From Mobula hypostoma (Eukaryota): a stretch of 64,000 nt of DNA. Each line of letters starts with the position of its first letter. The stretch's first letter is position 1. The position numbers and the translations under genes were made by a program. The notes under the pieces are model-generated. The model had not been told where the DNA came from, ran no database searches, and worked only from the letters and a program-made list of their open reading frames with translations. The stretch lies in the NCBI RefSeq assembly GCF_963921235.1, contig NC_086097.1, positions 180,236,001 through 180,300,000 on the forward strand. Reading direction: 5' to 3'. Positions 1 to 12,992 of the stretch are shown piece by piece.

Positions 1-310
1 CACAATCACTAGAAATAGTTTAGGATCATATTCTATTTTAATGGTGATTGGAGGAAAGTACAGGAAGATATCAGAGGTAGGTCTTTCTTACACAGACAGC
101 GGTAGGTGCATGGAACACACTGCGCGAGGTGGTGGTTGAGGGCGATACATTAGGGATATTTACTAGAATCTTAGCTAGGTTCATGGAAAAAAGAAAAATG
201 AAAGACCACGTGGGAGGAAGGTGTTGAATTGATCTTGGAGTAGGTTAAAAGGTTGGTACAACATCATGGGCTGAAGGGCGTCTACTGTGCTGTACTGTTC
301 TATGTTCAAT
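1..310 (+). mobile_element. CR1-type LINE 3' end fragment
   Basis: Degenerate RT C-terminus (acacagacagcggtaggtgcatggaac) and a tail gggctgaagggcgtctactgtgctgtactgttctatgttc shared with other CR1 copies. Confidence 0.75.
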
Positions 311-1089
311 GTACGGCTTTGGAGACACTGCCATGAACAGCTCCCACTTCTGTTTCCCTCTTTGACTTTCTTGCACTTCCTCTAGCCCTGCACCTTCACC
401 CATTCAGATAACTAATCACTTCTACCCTCCAAACCATCACAATTTCCCCTTTGTTCTTTGGCCAACTGTCTTCCCTAACCCTTAACTTCCTTACCAACGG
501 CTCAACAGCATTCCTTCCTCTCTACAAAATGTGGACAAAAACTTTTAAGGAAAGAGAACCATTTCACAACATTGTGAGTCCAAGTCCCATTATTGGGGAC
601 TTCTGTCTTCTGCTCCATGCATCTTAATAATCTACTGATTGAGCATTTTCCTAAAAGATCAAAATAAAACCTGACTAAAATAGAACACAACTAAATGAAT
701 CATCCAATCTTGTATGCAAAAACAAGGAAGGCAACAAAATGTGAAACAGTGTTTGGTTACTCTCATGTTCCACAATGTCAGTTGAATCTATACAGACATT
801 CCTCGACTTGCTTTTATATATTCCTGGAAAACCTTTCTAAAAGCAAAATATTTCAAATATGTGAAATGAATTATGGACATTTGGCATCATGGTAAAGAGT
901 AATCTGCTAATTGTTACAATAAAAAATATCTTTGTAAATCAAAAGTACATACCTCAAAGAGTCAATGGAGTTATAACCAGAATTCATAAAACAATTATAA
1001 ATCAAGGAATCAAAGCATTTCTATCTCAATATCATAACCACTGTTGTTTTGTTGAAAATGTTCACTGTAATCAATAGCCTGTGACTGCC

Positions 1090-1891
1090 TTTTTGGAGTT
1101 GAGCTTTTGAAATGCATATACAACCTGGCATTTTTGCAGTTTGAACTGAAGTCTCAAAGGTGCAAGATGGTTGCGGTGTGTCACATGCAGGCCAAATCGA
1201 CGCAACAGGGCCCAGGCCGGAGAGTGGGAACGAGCCAATGTTTGGCTGCTCGAGGAAACAGGATCCAGGCCTGAGAGTGAGAACAAGCCAACGTTTGGCT
1301 GCTCGAGCAAACTTGGAGGCAATTTGAAGTGGCAGAACCGAGGTAAGGCAGAGTCGAAGCGGCGAAGCCCGGGCCCGGGAGTGAAGAACAAGCTGATGTT
1401 TGACCGATTTAAGAAACGAGCCAAATTGGAAAGGTCGGGCATGGGCCAAATCGGGACAGCAGGTTCTGGACCCGAGAGTGTATTGAAGTAGCAGGGCCCA
1501 GGTCTAAGAGCAAGGAACAACCCTCTGTTTGGCCGACATAAGCATCAGGCCAGATTGAAAGTGTCAGGGCTGGAGGCGAAGAACAGGCTGGGGTTTTCAG
1601 CCTGCTGCTCTGCGAGGTTTACTATTCTCTGTGCTGAACTGAGTACGTGGCCTGCAGCTAACGGGCTCTTGTATTGACCGTGACTGGTTTTGTGACTATG
1701 GACTCACTTTCATGAACTTCAGTTCAAAATATGATTTGCACAATTTGTTTTTTTCTGCACATTGGGTGTTTGACAGTCTTTATTTACTGGGTTCTATTGG
1801 GTTTCTTTGTTTTGTGGCTGCCTGTAAGGAGATGAATCTCAAGGTTGTATATAGTATACATACTTTCATAATAAGTGTGCTTTGAACTTTG
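1090..1891 (+). mobile_element. Non-coding retroposon-like repeat: GC-rich body with internal repeats and a Rex-type 3' tail
   Basis: Tail atgaatctcaaggttgtatatag..tttgaactttg is similar to 4231-4294. The motif gaacaagccaacgtttggc recurs in the body. Confidence 0.55.
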
Positions 1892-2038
1892 TTCTACTGC
1901 TTTCAGTCATGGAAGATGATCTTTTTGAGATTAATTTTCTCAGGCAGGAGGAATACATTAATTACATGATCATTCAATCTGTGCTTCATGGCTTCAGCAG
2001 GCACATTTTTAACCTTTTTTCTTTGGATCATGCTTTAC

Positions 2039-2115
2039 CTGAAAGAGGTGCTGGCTTTATCATCAAGGCCTTTAACCACCACACCTGTAGCACCGCCAGA
2101 GCGAACAGCAAACAC
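2039..2115 (-). CDS. RMC1: RMC1 coding exon 2 (VFAVRSGGATGVVVKGLDDKASTSF+R); the gene continues beyond the window start
   Basis: 77 bp, catag acceptor, gtaaag donor. VFAVRSGGATGVVVKG continues in frame from exon 1 across an intron of about 17 kb. Confidence 0.95.
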
Positions 2116-2261
2116 CTATGAACACAAAATTGTCCACTGTTCAGTCAGGTTAAGTGATAAGTCATTTATGCGATATAGATTACGAATATATATTGGCCAG
2201 CACAACAGGTAATTCTGTCCACTTTTCTTTCTCAAAAGTGGTCCTAACATAACTTATAGAG

Positions 2262-2870
2262 CAACACACTAAACACTAGAGGAAGTCAACAGGTCAGGTA
2301 GCTGAGGAAGGGTCAATATTTTGGGTTGACACCCTTCCTCAGGACTGTAAAGAAAGAGAGAAAGTAGCCCGTATAAAAAGGTGGGAGCTGAGAAGTGGAT
2401 CCAGATAAGGAGGTGGTAGGTGATGGTTAGAGTGGGAATAACACAGGAGGAGATAGGTGGATGTGACAAAAGCTAAAGATGATTGAATCTGATACGAGAG
2501 AACAGTGGAGCATGGAATAAAGGGAAGGAGGTGAGGAGGGGAACCAGTAGGAAGAGTGTGTGGGTGATGGGCAGATTGAGAAGGCAGAGGAGACGAAAGA
2601 AATGGGATGAGGATGGTGGGTTAAACGAAAAGTGGACAGATAGGGTGGAATGATTACCAGAAATTAGGGAAATTGATGTCCCTGCCATCAGGTTGGAAAC
2701 CAACAAGGGGGAATACGAGGTGATACCTTTCTCTAATCTGTGTCTAGTCTCAAAGTGGCAGTAGAGGAGGCCATGGACAGACAGGTTGGGGTGTGAATGG
2801 AAAGTGAAATTCAGATAGCTGGTGTCTATGAGATGCTGCCGGTATGGTGGATGGAGGAAGGAGAACATTT
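2262..2870 (-). mobile_element. Degenerate Penelope-like element 3' fragment
   Basis: ORF 2473..2868 (HSHPNLSVHGLLYCHFETRHRLEK) parallels HSHSDMSIHGLLYCKDEATLRLEE of the 15.8 kb element. It is followed by a pyrimidine-rich UTR and the same terminal motif. Confidence 0.85.
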
Positions 2871-2884
2871 TTGTTCATTCAGGA

Positions 2885-4425
2885 GAGAAGATGTTTCATT
2901 GCCTTAGTTAAGGGACAGCTTAGTCAAAAAAGTACAGGCCAGTCAGCCCAACATCAGTGGCAGGAAAGTTACTGGAGGGTGTTTTGAAGGACAGGATCAC
3001 CTGCATTTGGAAAGGCAAGGTCTGATTAGGGATAGTCCGCATGGCTTCGTGCATGGGACCTTATGTCTCATGAATCTGATTGTTTAGTTTTTGAAGAGGT
3101 AGCCAAGAAGGTTGACAAGAGTAGGCTGAAAAAAACTACTTCAATCATCGTCAATAACTAGTACAGCATTATAGTATATAACCTTGATGTTGCCAGGAAT
3201 TGATGACCCAAGTTATAGGGAGAGGGTTGCCAGGCTAACCCTATCTCCTTATTCCTTGGAACATAGGAGACCAATGGGCAACTTTATAAAAGTGTCTAAA
3301 ATTATGAGACCTCAAGATAAGGTTGATGGTAAAAGTCTTTTCCCAGGATGAGGAGTCCAAAATTAGGGAACACAGGTTTAGGTTGAGAGCAGAAAGATTT
3401 AAAAAGAACCTGTGTGGCAACTTTTTCACATAGTGTGGTGCGTATATGGAATGAGATGCCGAAGAAAGTGGTTGAGGCAGGTGTAGTGTCATTTAAGAAG
3501 CAACAGACAGGACCGGAGGTCCACGAGGCAGTCCTCATCAGGGGATCAGAGGTGGGGAAGGTCAGCAACTTTAAATTCCTTGGCGTTATCATTTCAGAGG
3601 ACCTATTCTGAGCCCAGCATGTAACTGTAATTACAAAGAAAACATAGCAGTGCCTCTACTTCCATAGAAGTTTGAAAAGATTCAGCATGACATCTAAAAC
3701 TTCAACAAACTTCTATAGATGTGTAGTGGAGAGTATATTGACTGACTGCAACACAGCCTGGTAGGAAACACCAATACCCTTGAACGGAAAATCCTACAAA
3801 AAGTCATGGATACAGCCCAGTCCATCATGGGTAGAGCCCGCTACATCACTGAATACATTTACATGGAGAGCTGTTGCAGGAAAGCAGCATCTATCATCAG
3901 GAACCTCCATCACCCAAGACATACTCTCTTCTTGCTGCTGCCATGTGGAAGAAGGTACAGGAGCCTCAGGACCTGGTTCAGGAACAGTTATTACCCCTCA
4001 ACCATTAGGTTCTTGAACTAGTGGGGATAACTTGTTCCATCACTGAACTGTTCCCACAGCCAATGACTCTTCATCTGATGTTCTCGATATTTATTGCTTA
4101 TTTTTATTTTGCTTTCTTTTTCTACTTGCATAATTCTGTTGTCTATTGCACACTGGTTATCCACCCTGTTGGTGTGGTCTTCCATAGATTCTATGATGGT
4201 TATTGGATTTATTGAGTATGCCCACAAGAAAATGAATCTTAGGGTTGTATATGGTGATATATGTACTTTAATAATAAATTTACTTTGAACTTTGATAAAT
4301 ACATGGAGGGGCACATCTTGGAGAGATGTGGAGTGAATGGAGAAATTGAGACAAGCTGGTTAGACACCATAGTCAGCATGGACTGATTTGGCCGAAGGGC
4401 CTGTATCTGTGCTGTGTGACTTTCA
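2885..4425 (+). mobile_element. Decayed CR1 LINE (2885-3500 and 4296-4425) interrupted by a Rex1/Babar LINE 3' part (about 3505-4295)
   Basis: CR1 RT remnants (SHSVVRIWNEMP) switch to Rex motifs (FKFLGVIISEDL, RKAASIIRNLHHPRH) ending in ataataaatttactttgaactttga, then the CR1 tail resumes. Confidence 0.8.
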
Positions 4426-4609
4426 GTGGATTAAGGCTTCCACTTTTTCAAAAAATCCCCAGTTTCCGGATACGGTATACATTTTTATCTTTACCTTATT
4501 TCCTCCAGTTCCTCCTTTTCATTAAATTCTCAGTTCCCTAACATTTCTTAAAAGTTATCAATGGTCTTTTGTGTGAAAAACCAAAATATTTTCTTTTAAA
4601 TTGCTCTTT

Positions 4610-7600
4610 CTTGTAAAAGTACTCTGAGTCAGAGTAGTAAGGCTTTGGCTCAACAAGGCATCAACTAGAACAGGTGGAGGTAAGGTAAGTAGGTAAGTTC
4701 ATTCCTTATTTCTTTTTTTTTCTGATTTAACTCTTGAGAGAATAGGGGGTATGTCTATAGGGTCAGTGTTCCATTCTGGGTGTCAGATATGGGATTTCCA
4801 GGAGACTTTCAACCTCCCCAGTGGCCACATCTGCACCAGGTGCATCGAGATGCAGCTCCTTAGAGACTGTGTTAGGGAACTGAAGCTTCAGCTTGTTAGG
4901 GAAAGTGAGGAGATGACAGACAGAAGCTAGAGGGAGGTAGTCACTCCAAGGCTACAGGAGACAGATAATTGGGTGACTGTCAGGAGAAAGAAGGGAAAAC
5001 ATCAGATAGTGGCTGTGGCTGTCCCCCTCAACAATAAGTACTCCACTTGAGTACTGTTGGGAGGAACAACCTACCCAGGGGTAGCAACAGCAGCCATGCC
5101 TCTGGCACTGAGTCTGGTCCTGTGGCTCAGAAGAGTAAGGAACTGAAGATGAGGGAAGCAGTAATAGGGGACTCTTTGGTTAGCGGGATAGATAAGACAA
5201 TTCTGTGTACACAAAAAGGAAACACGAATGGGAGTTTGCCTCTGAGGTGCCAGAGTCTGCAATGTTTCTGAACATGTCCATAATAACCTGAAAAGGATGT
5301 GCGAGCAGCCAGAAGTCGTGGTACGTATTGGTACCAACGACATCGGCAGAAAAAGGGAGCAGGTCCTGAAAAAAGAATACAGGGAGTTAGGAGGGAAGCT
5401 GAGAAGTAGGACCTTAAGGGTAGTAATCTTGGGACTGTTGCCTGTGCCACACAACAGTGAGGATAGGAATAGAATGAGCTAGCAGATAAATGCATGGCTG
5501 AAGAATTAGAGAAGGGAGCAGGGATTCAGATTTCTAGATAATCGGAACTTCTTCTGGGGCAGGTGTGACCTGTAGGAAAGGGGCAGGTTGCACTTGAAAC
5601 CAATATTCCTGCAGACAGGTTTACTAGAGCTTTTGAGAGTGGTTTAAACTAATATGGCAGGGGTATGGGAACCAGTATGATAGAGCTGAGAATGAGCCAG
5701 CAGGTTTACCAGTAGATGATGGATGTAACATGAATATAAGGAAGGATTGGGTACAAATGCAGATAGAGCAAAGAACTATATTATACCAGAGGCAAATTCA
5801 AAAGGGTGAAAAATGCAGGACTGAAGGTTCTGTATTTAAATGTGCGCAGCATTCATAATAAAGTGGACGAACTCGTGGCGCAATTACAGATTGGTCTGTG
5901 TGACGGTGTGGGCATTACTGAGTCATGGCTGAAAGAAGGCCATAGTTGGGAGCTTAACATCAAAGGATATACTTTGCATAGAACGGACAGGAAGGAAAGC
6001 ATAGGTGGTGGTGTGGCTCTGTTGGTAAAAGATAGAACTACGTCTTTAGAAAGAAGTGACATAGGGTCAGAGAATAATGAATCTTTGTGGGTGGAGTTAA
6101 GAAACTGCAAGGGTTAAAAAACCATTATGGGAATTATATATAGGCCACCAAATAGTAGCCAAGATATGGGGCTGAGATTGTAAAGGAAGCTGGAAAAGGC
6201 ATGTAATAAGGGTAATTATGCAATTGTAATAGGGGATTTCAATATGCAAGGGGATTGGGAAAATCAGGATGGTGTCGGATCACAAGAGAGGGAATTCGTT
6301 AAACACCTACGAGATGGCTGTTTAAAGCAGCTTTTGCTTGAGCCTACTTGGGGAAAGGCCATCTTAGATTGGGTGTTGTGTAATAACCCAGATCTTATTA
6401 GAGAACTTAATCTAAAGAAACCCTTAGGAGGCAGTGATCATGATATGATTTAATTCAAACTGCAATTTGAGAGGGAGAAGCATAAGTCACATGTATCAGT
6501 ATCACACAGGAATAAAAGAAATTACAGAGACATGAGAGAGGACCTTGCTCAGGTGGACTGGTGGGGATGATGACAGAGCAAAAATGGCTGAAGTTTCTGG
6601 GAGTAGTTCACAAGGCACAGGATAGATATATCCCACAGAAAAAGTTGTTCTCAAATGGCAGGAGTAAGCAACCGTGGTTGACAAGGGAAGTTGAGGACAG
6701 CATAAAAGCCAAGAAAAGGGCATATAAGGTAGCAACACTGAGTGGGAAGTTGGATGATTGGGAAGCTTTTAAAATTCAACAAAAGGCAACTCAAAAAGCT
6801 ATAAAAGGAAAAAGGAATATGAGAGCAAAATAGCCAATAATATAAAGCAGGATACTAACAGCTTTTTCAGTTATATAAAGAGTAAAAGGGAGGTTAGACA
6901 CAAAACTCTCAACATGTGAATTAACCTTCTGTAAGTCTTGCACAAGGACTCCTAAGTCCCTTTGCATCTCTGATGTTTGAAGTTACTCCCCATTTAGATA
7001 CTCACCTCCCTTTCACAAGCAAGAGAAAATCTACAGAGGCTGGAAATCTAAGCAACACCCACAAAAAGCTGGAGGAACTCAGCCGACTAGGCAGCATCTA
7101 TGGAAAAGAGTACAGTCGACGTTACGGGGCGAGACCCTTCAGCAGGACTCTTTTCCCCTTTTCCATAGATGCTGCCTGGCCGACTGAGTTCCTCCAGCTT
7201 TTTGTGTGTGTTGCTTAAATTTCCAGCCTCTGTAGATTTTCTCCTGCTTGTGAAAGGGAGGTGAGAGTTGATATTGGACCACTGGAAAATGACACTGGTG
7301 AGATAGTAGTAGGGGACAAAGAAATGGCAGATGAACTTAATGAATACTTTGCATCAGTCTTCACAGTGGAAGACACTAGCAGTGTGCCAGAGGTCTGTAA
7401 GCATCAGGGAGCAGGAGTGAACGCCATTGCTACTACAAAGGAAAAAGTGTTCAGCAAACTGAAAGGTGTTAAGGTGGGTAAGTCACCTAGATCAGATGGA
7501 CTACATCCCAGAGTCCTGAGAGAGGTTGCTGAAGAGATAATGGATGCAATGGTCATGATCTTTCAAAAATCACTTGATTTTGGCATGGTCACGGAGGACT

Positions 7601-8962
7601 GAAAAATTGCAAATGTCACTCCACTCTTTAAAGAAGGGAGGAAGGCAAAAGAAAGGAAATTATAGTCAAGGTAGCCAGTGGTTGGGAATGTGCTGGAGTC
7701 TAATGATAAAACAAGTCAAAGTCAGCATATAAGTATAACTCTGTAAAGAAAAATCTTGCCTGACAAATCTGTTAGAGTAACGAGCAGCGTGGACAAATGA
7801 GAGGCAGTGGATGTCATTTACTTGACTTTTCAGAAGGCACTTGATAAGGTGCCACACATGAGGCTGCTTAACAAGGTAAAATCCTATGGTGTTACAGGAT
7901 AGAAGAATGGCTGACAGCTAGGAAGCAGCCAGTGGAAATAAAAGGGGCCTGTTCTTGTTGGCTGCTGGTGACTAGTGGTGTTCCTCAGGGGACAGTATTG
8001 GGACTGCTACTTTTCACATTGTTTGTCAGTGACTTGGATAATAGAATTGATGACCTTGTGGCTAAGTTTACGGATGATACAAAGGAAGGTGGAGAGACAG
8101 GTAGTGCTGAGGAAACAATGCAATTGAGAAGGACAGACAAACTGGAAGAATGGGCAAAAAGGTGACAAGTGGAATACAGAGTTGGGAAATGTATGATAAT
8201 GCATTTTGGTAAAAAGGAACAATAGTGCAGACTATTATCTAAATGGGGAGAAACTTCAAACATCCGAGATGCAAAGGGACTTAGGAGTCCTTGTGCAAGA
8301 CTCACAGAAGGTTAATTCACATGTTGAGTCTTTGGTAAAGAAGCAAATGCAATGTTAGCATTTATTTCAAGGGGAATAGAATATAAAAGCAAGGAGATAA
8401 TGCTGAGCTTTATAAGATGCTAGTCAGGCCACACTTGGAGTACTGTCAACAGTTTTGAGCCCTATGTCTCAGAAAGGATGTGTTGTCATTGGAGAGAGTC
8501 CAGAGGAGGTTCATAAGGATGATTCTGGGAATGAAGGGGTTAACATACGAGTAGCATTTGGCTGCTTTGGCCTGCATTCACTGGAATTTAGAAGAATGCG
8601 TGGAGATCTCATTGAAACCTACCGAATGTTGAAAGGACTAGACAGGGTGAACATGGACAGGGTGCTTCCTCTGGTGGGAGTATCCAGAACTACAGGGTAC
8701 AGCCTCAAAATTGAGGGTGACCTTTTAGAACAGAGGTGAGGAAGAATTTTTTTTAGCCATAGAATCTGTGGAATGCTCTTACACAGACTGTGGTGGAGGT
8801 CAAGTCCATGGGTATATTTAAGTGGAAGTTGATAGCTTCCTGTCAGGACAACAAAGGATATGGTGAGAAGGGGTTGAGTGGGATCCGGGATCAGCCATGA
8901 TGGAATGGTGGAACAGACTCGATGGGCTGAATGGCCTATTTCTGCCCTATGTCTTATGGTCT
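4610..8962 (+). mobile_element. Near full-length decayed CR1 LINE (ORF1 esterase plus ORF2 APE and RT)
   Basis: ORF1 SGNH-esterase motifs (VIGDSLV, VVVRIGTNDIG), APE motifs (LYLNVRSI, GITESWL, SDHDMI), RT motifs (GVPQGTVLG, KFTDDTK) and a 3' tail cctatgtcttatggtct. Many stops and frameshifts. Confidence 0.92.
7001..7265. repeat. Palindromic Penelope-terminus insertion with arms of about 108 bp
   Basis: 7001-7108 is the reverse complement of 7158-7265 with about 6 mismatches. The arms match the terminus of the Penelope element at 17.2 kb. Confidence 0.9.
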
Positions 8963-9289
8963 AAATTTGTATATACTTTATGTTTTCCTTGTGAATGCTG
9001 CTTACATGATGCCATGTGCCTGTGATGCTGCAGCAAGTAAGTTTTTCATTGCATCTGTGCACACAAGTACACGTGGATGTGACAATAAACTAGTCTGTGA
9101 CTTTGCTCCCCATCTCTGGTACTGCATTTCATTTTATTTAGTTAATTGGAGATACAGCTCAGAATAGGCCTTTCTAGCCATGCTACCCAGCAACCCCTGA
9201 CACCCATGATTTAACCCAGCCCAATCACAGGATATTACCATGCATGTTGGCATCTTCTCTTTGGATCTAATGCTTCTCTTATAAGCCTA

Positions 9290-10624
9290 TTAGCTAAAAA
9301 GGCCAAGGTAACATGTCTGAATGTCTGGCATCCTGTCTCACTCACCTCAATAATAAGCAAATGCTTTGAGAGGCTGATCAATGACTACATCTACAGCAAG
9401 CTATCACCCACACTGGACCCCCTACAATTCACCTACCGACACAACCGATCAACAGATGACGCAATAGCCACAGATCTACACATTATCCTTAAACAACTGG
9501 AGAAAAGGGATGCTTATGAGAGAATGCTGTTCTTGGACTATAGTTCAGCATTCAAGACCATAATTCCTTCCAGGCTTGAGAAGAAGCTCATAGACCTTGG
9601 CCTTCACCCTGCCTTGTGCAGCTAGATCCTGGGCTTCCTGTCAGATCACCAGCAGATGGTAAGAGTGGGCTCCCTCACCTCCGCCCCTCTGACTCTCAAC
9701 ACAGTAGCCCCTCAGGACTGTGTTCTAAGCCTCCCTCCTTTATTCTCTGTATACCCATGACTGTGTCGCCACCCACAACTCCAATCTGTTAATTAAATTT
9801 GCAGATGATACTACGTTGATTGGTCTAATCTCAAATAATAACGAGGCAACTTACAGAGAAGAAGTCATCACCCTGACACAGTAGTGACAAGAAAACAACC
9901 TCTCCCTCAAAGTCACAAAAACAAAGGAGCTGGTTGTTGACTACAAGAGGAACGGAGACAGGCTTACCCCTATAGACATCAATGGATCTGGGGCTGAGAA
10001 ATTGAACAGCTTTAAGTTCCTCGGCATACACATCACCGAGGATTTCACGTGGTCTGTACAACAGCATTTCTTTCACCTCAGACAGTTGAAGAAGTTTGGT
10101 ATGAGTCTCCAAATCCTAAGGACTTTCTACAGAGGCACAATCGAGAGCATCTGACTGGCTGCATCACTGCCTGGTATGGGAACTGTACTTCCCTCAGTCG
10201 AAGGACTCTGCAGAAAGTGGTGCAGACAGCCCAGCGCATCTGTTGATGTGAACTTCTCACTATTCAGGATATTTACAGCAACAGGTGTGTAAAAAGGGCC
10301 CAAAGGATCATTGGGGACCTGAATCACTCCAACCACAAACTGTCCCAGCTGCTACCATCTGGGAAATGGTACCGCAGCATTAAACCCAGGACCAACTGGC
10401 TCCGAGACAGCTTTTTCCACCAGGTCATCAGACTGATTAATACACACTGACACAACTGTATTTCTGGGCTATAAACTGTTCTGTTGTACATCTTACTGTA
10501 CATTCTATTTATTACAAATTACTATAAGTTGCACATTGCACATTCAGATGGAGATGTAACATAAAGATTTTTACTCCTTTTGTGTGTGAAGAATGTAAGA
10601 AATAAAGTAAATTCAATTCAATTC
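9290..10624 (+). mobile_element. Rex1/Babar-type LINE, 5'-truncated and decayed
   Basis: RT motifs (LDPLQF, KFADDT, LTGCITAWYGNC) and a tail aataaagtaaattcaattcaattc. Confidence 0.88.
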
Positions 10625-11094
10625 TGCTGTGTTGCTCTTCCTGGTATTCATGCTCCAGAAAGAAATGTACAACTCCCTCAGCGCAATATTCATTCATTAA
10701 ATAGAACAGAGCACAGTAGAGGCCCTTTGGCACTATGCTGTGCTGACCTTTTAACCCACTCTAAAATCAATCTAACCCTTTCCTCCCACATGTGCCTATC
10801 TGAGAGTCTCTTAAATGCATTAGGGACATGCCTCAACTACCACTCCAGGCAGCATGCTCCACGCGCCTACCACTCCGTTCAAGTACCTAACTCTGACATC
10901 CCCCTATACTTTCCTCCAACCACCTTAAAAATTATGACCCCTCCTATTAGCATTTCCACTCTGGGAAAAATTCTCTGTTTGTCCACTCCGTCTATGCCTC
11001 TTATCATCTTTGTACAACTCTATCAAGTCACCTCTCATCTTCTTTCAATTCAAAAAGAAAAGCACTAGCTCACTCAACTTATTGTAATAAAACA

Positions 11095-11992
11095 TGCTTC
11101 AAAAAGGCAACAATTATACCAGTCAGTTCAATAAAAAAAAGTTCTATTCAAAAAGTTCAAAGGAACATCTAAACAAGCCTGATGCATTTTGGAAACAAGT
11201 CCTGTGGACTGAAGAAGTAAAAATAGAACTTTTTGGCTGCAATGAGCAAAGGTATGCTTGGAGAAAAAAGGGTGCCGAATTTCATGAAAAGAACCCCTCT
11301 CCAACTGTTAAGCACGGGGATGGATCGCTCATGCTTTGGGCTTATGTTGCAGCCAGTGGCACGGGGAACATTAACTGGTAGAGGGAAGAATGAATTCAAT
11401 TAAATACCAGCAAATTCTGGAAGCAAACATCACACTGTCTGTAAAAAAGCTGAAGATGAAAAGAGGACGGCTTCTACAACAGGATAGTGATCTTAAACAC
11501 ACCTCAAAATCCACAATGGACTACCTCAAGAGGCATAAGCTGAAGGTTTTGCCATGGCCCTCACAGTCCCCTGACCTAAACATCATCGAAAATCTGTGGA
11601 TAGACCTCAAAAGAGCAGTACATGCAAGACGGCCCAAGAATCTCACAGAACTAGAAGCCTTTTGCAAGGAAGAATGGGTGAAAATCCCCCAAACAAGAAT
11701 TGAAAGACTCTTAGCTGGCTACAAAAAGCGTTTACAAGCTGTGATACTTGCCAAAGGGGGTGTTACTGTACTGCCATGCAGGGTGCCCAAACTTTAGCTT
11801 TGGGCCCTTTTCCTTTTTTGTTATTTTGAAACTGTATCAGATGGAAATAAAAAAGTTTTCTTGCTTAAAATATTAAAGAAATGTATCATCTTTAACTTTA
11901 TGCCTTTTGGAAATCATTTCATCTTCTACTCACTTAGCTATTCACAGTAACAGAAATTTTGACCGGGGTGCCCAAACTTTTGCATGCCACTG
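11095..11992 (+). mobile_element. Tc1-family DNA transposon, 3' half, IR/DR type, dead
   Basis: Transposase motifs PTVKHGDGSLMLW and QQDSDLKH..WPSQSPDLNIIENLW with D34E spacing. Direct repeat gggtgcccaaacttt at 11781-11795 and 11966-11980. Terminus ..gcatgccactg followed by TA. Frameshift near 11380. Confidence 0.93.
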
Positions 11993-12992
11993 TATGCTGG
12001 TGATATTTAACCTGATTCTGAGGCCCGACCTGACCCTCACAAAACAATGCTGACTATCCCTAATCAGACTATGCTTCTCCAAATGCTCACAAATCCTGTC
12101 TCCAAGAACCCTCCCTATTAGTTTTCCCACCACTGATGTAAAGCTTACTGGTCTATAATTCTTAGTGCTATCACTATTACCCTTCCTGAACAAAGGCATA
12201 ACATTTGCCACCCTTCAATCTTCTGAGACTATTCCTGTGGCCAATAGCATGCGATGATCGTCAAAGGCACAGCAATCTCTTCCCTTGCTCCCTGGGGTAT
12301 ATTCCACTTGGCCGCAGGGACTTATCTATTGTAATGTTTTTCAAAGGTTCCAGCTCTTTTCTTTTAACATCAACATGTTCTAGCATATCAGCCTGTTTTA
12401 CACTGTCCTTACAAAATTCAAGGTTCCTCTCACTGGTGAATACTGAAGCAAAGTATTCAATAAAAATCTCCCCAAGCTCTTCCAACTCCAGGCATGTTTC
12501 TTCAATCCCAGATAGGTCCTACCCCCATGCTGGTTCATGTATGTGTAGAACACATTGGGGTTTTCCTTAATCCTATTCAACAAGGCCTCTTCATGTTCCC
12601 TACTAGCATTCATAAGCTCCTTGCTATCTTGTAACTCTCCAGGGCCCTGTCTGATCCTTGCTTCCTAAGCCATACGTATGCCTTGTTCCTCCTGACTAGA
12701 TGTTCCACATCTCTTTTAAGCCATGGTTCCATCACCCTTTCCCTGCCTTAAAGGGACAAACCTTTCCAGAACTCCATGCAAGTGCTCCATAAACAGCCTC
12801 CTCAATTCCATTATGCATTTCCCTGAGAATATCTGTTCCGAATTTATACTCCTATGTTTCTGACTAATAGCATCATAATTCACTCTCTCCAATTAAAATC
12901 CTTCCCATACCATCATTTCCTGTCCTGGTCCAAAACTATGGCAAAAGTCAGGGAATTTTGGTCATTGTCTCTAAAATGCTCACCTAGAGAGA

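Noticed and set aside
502..1077. Possible RMC1 exon 3 in the non-repetitive stretch
   Set aside because: I found no minus-strand peptide resembling the expected next segment (IKFS..KILAVQR). It probably lies outside the window.
1200..1560. CRISPR-like repeat-spacer array
   Set aside because: The repeats are degenerate and irregularly spaced, the context is vertebrate, and there are no cas genes.
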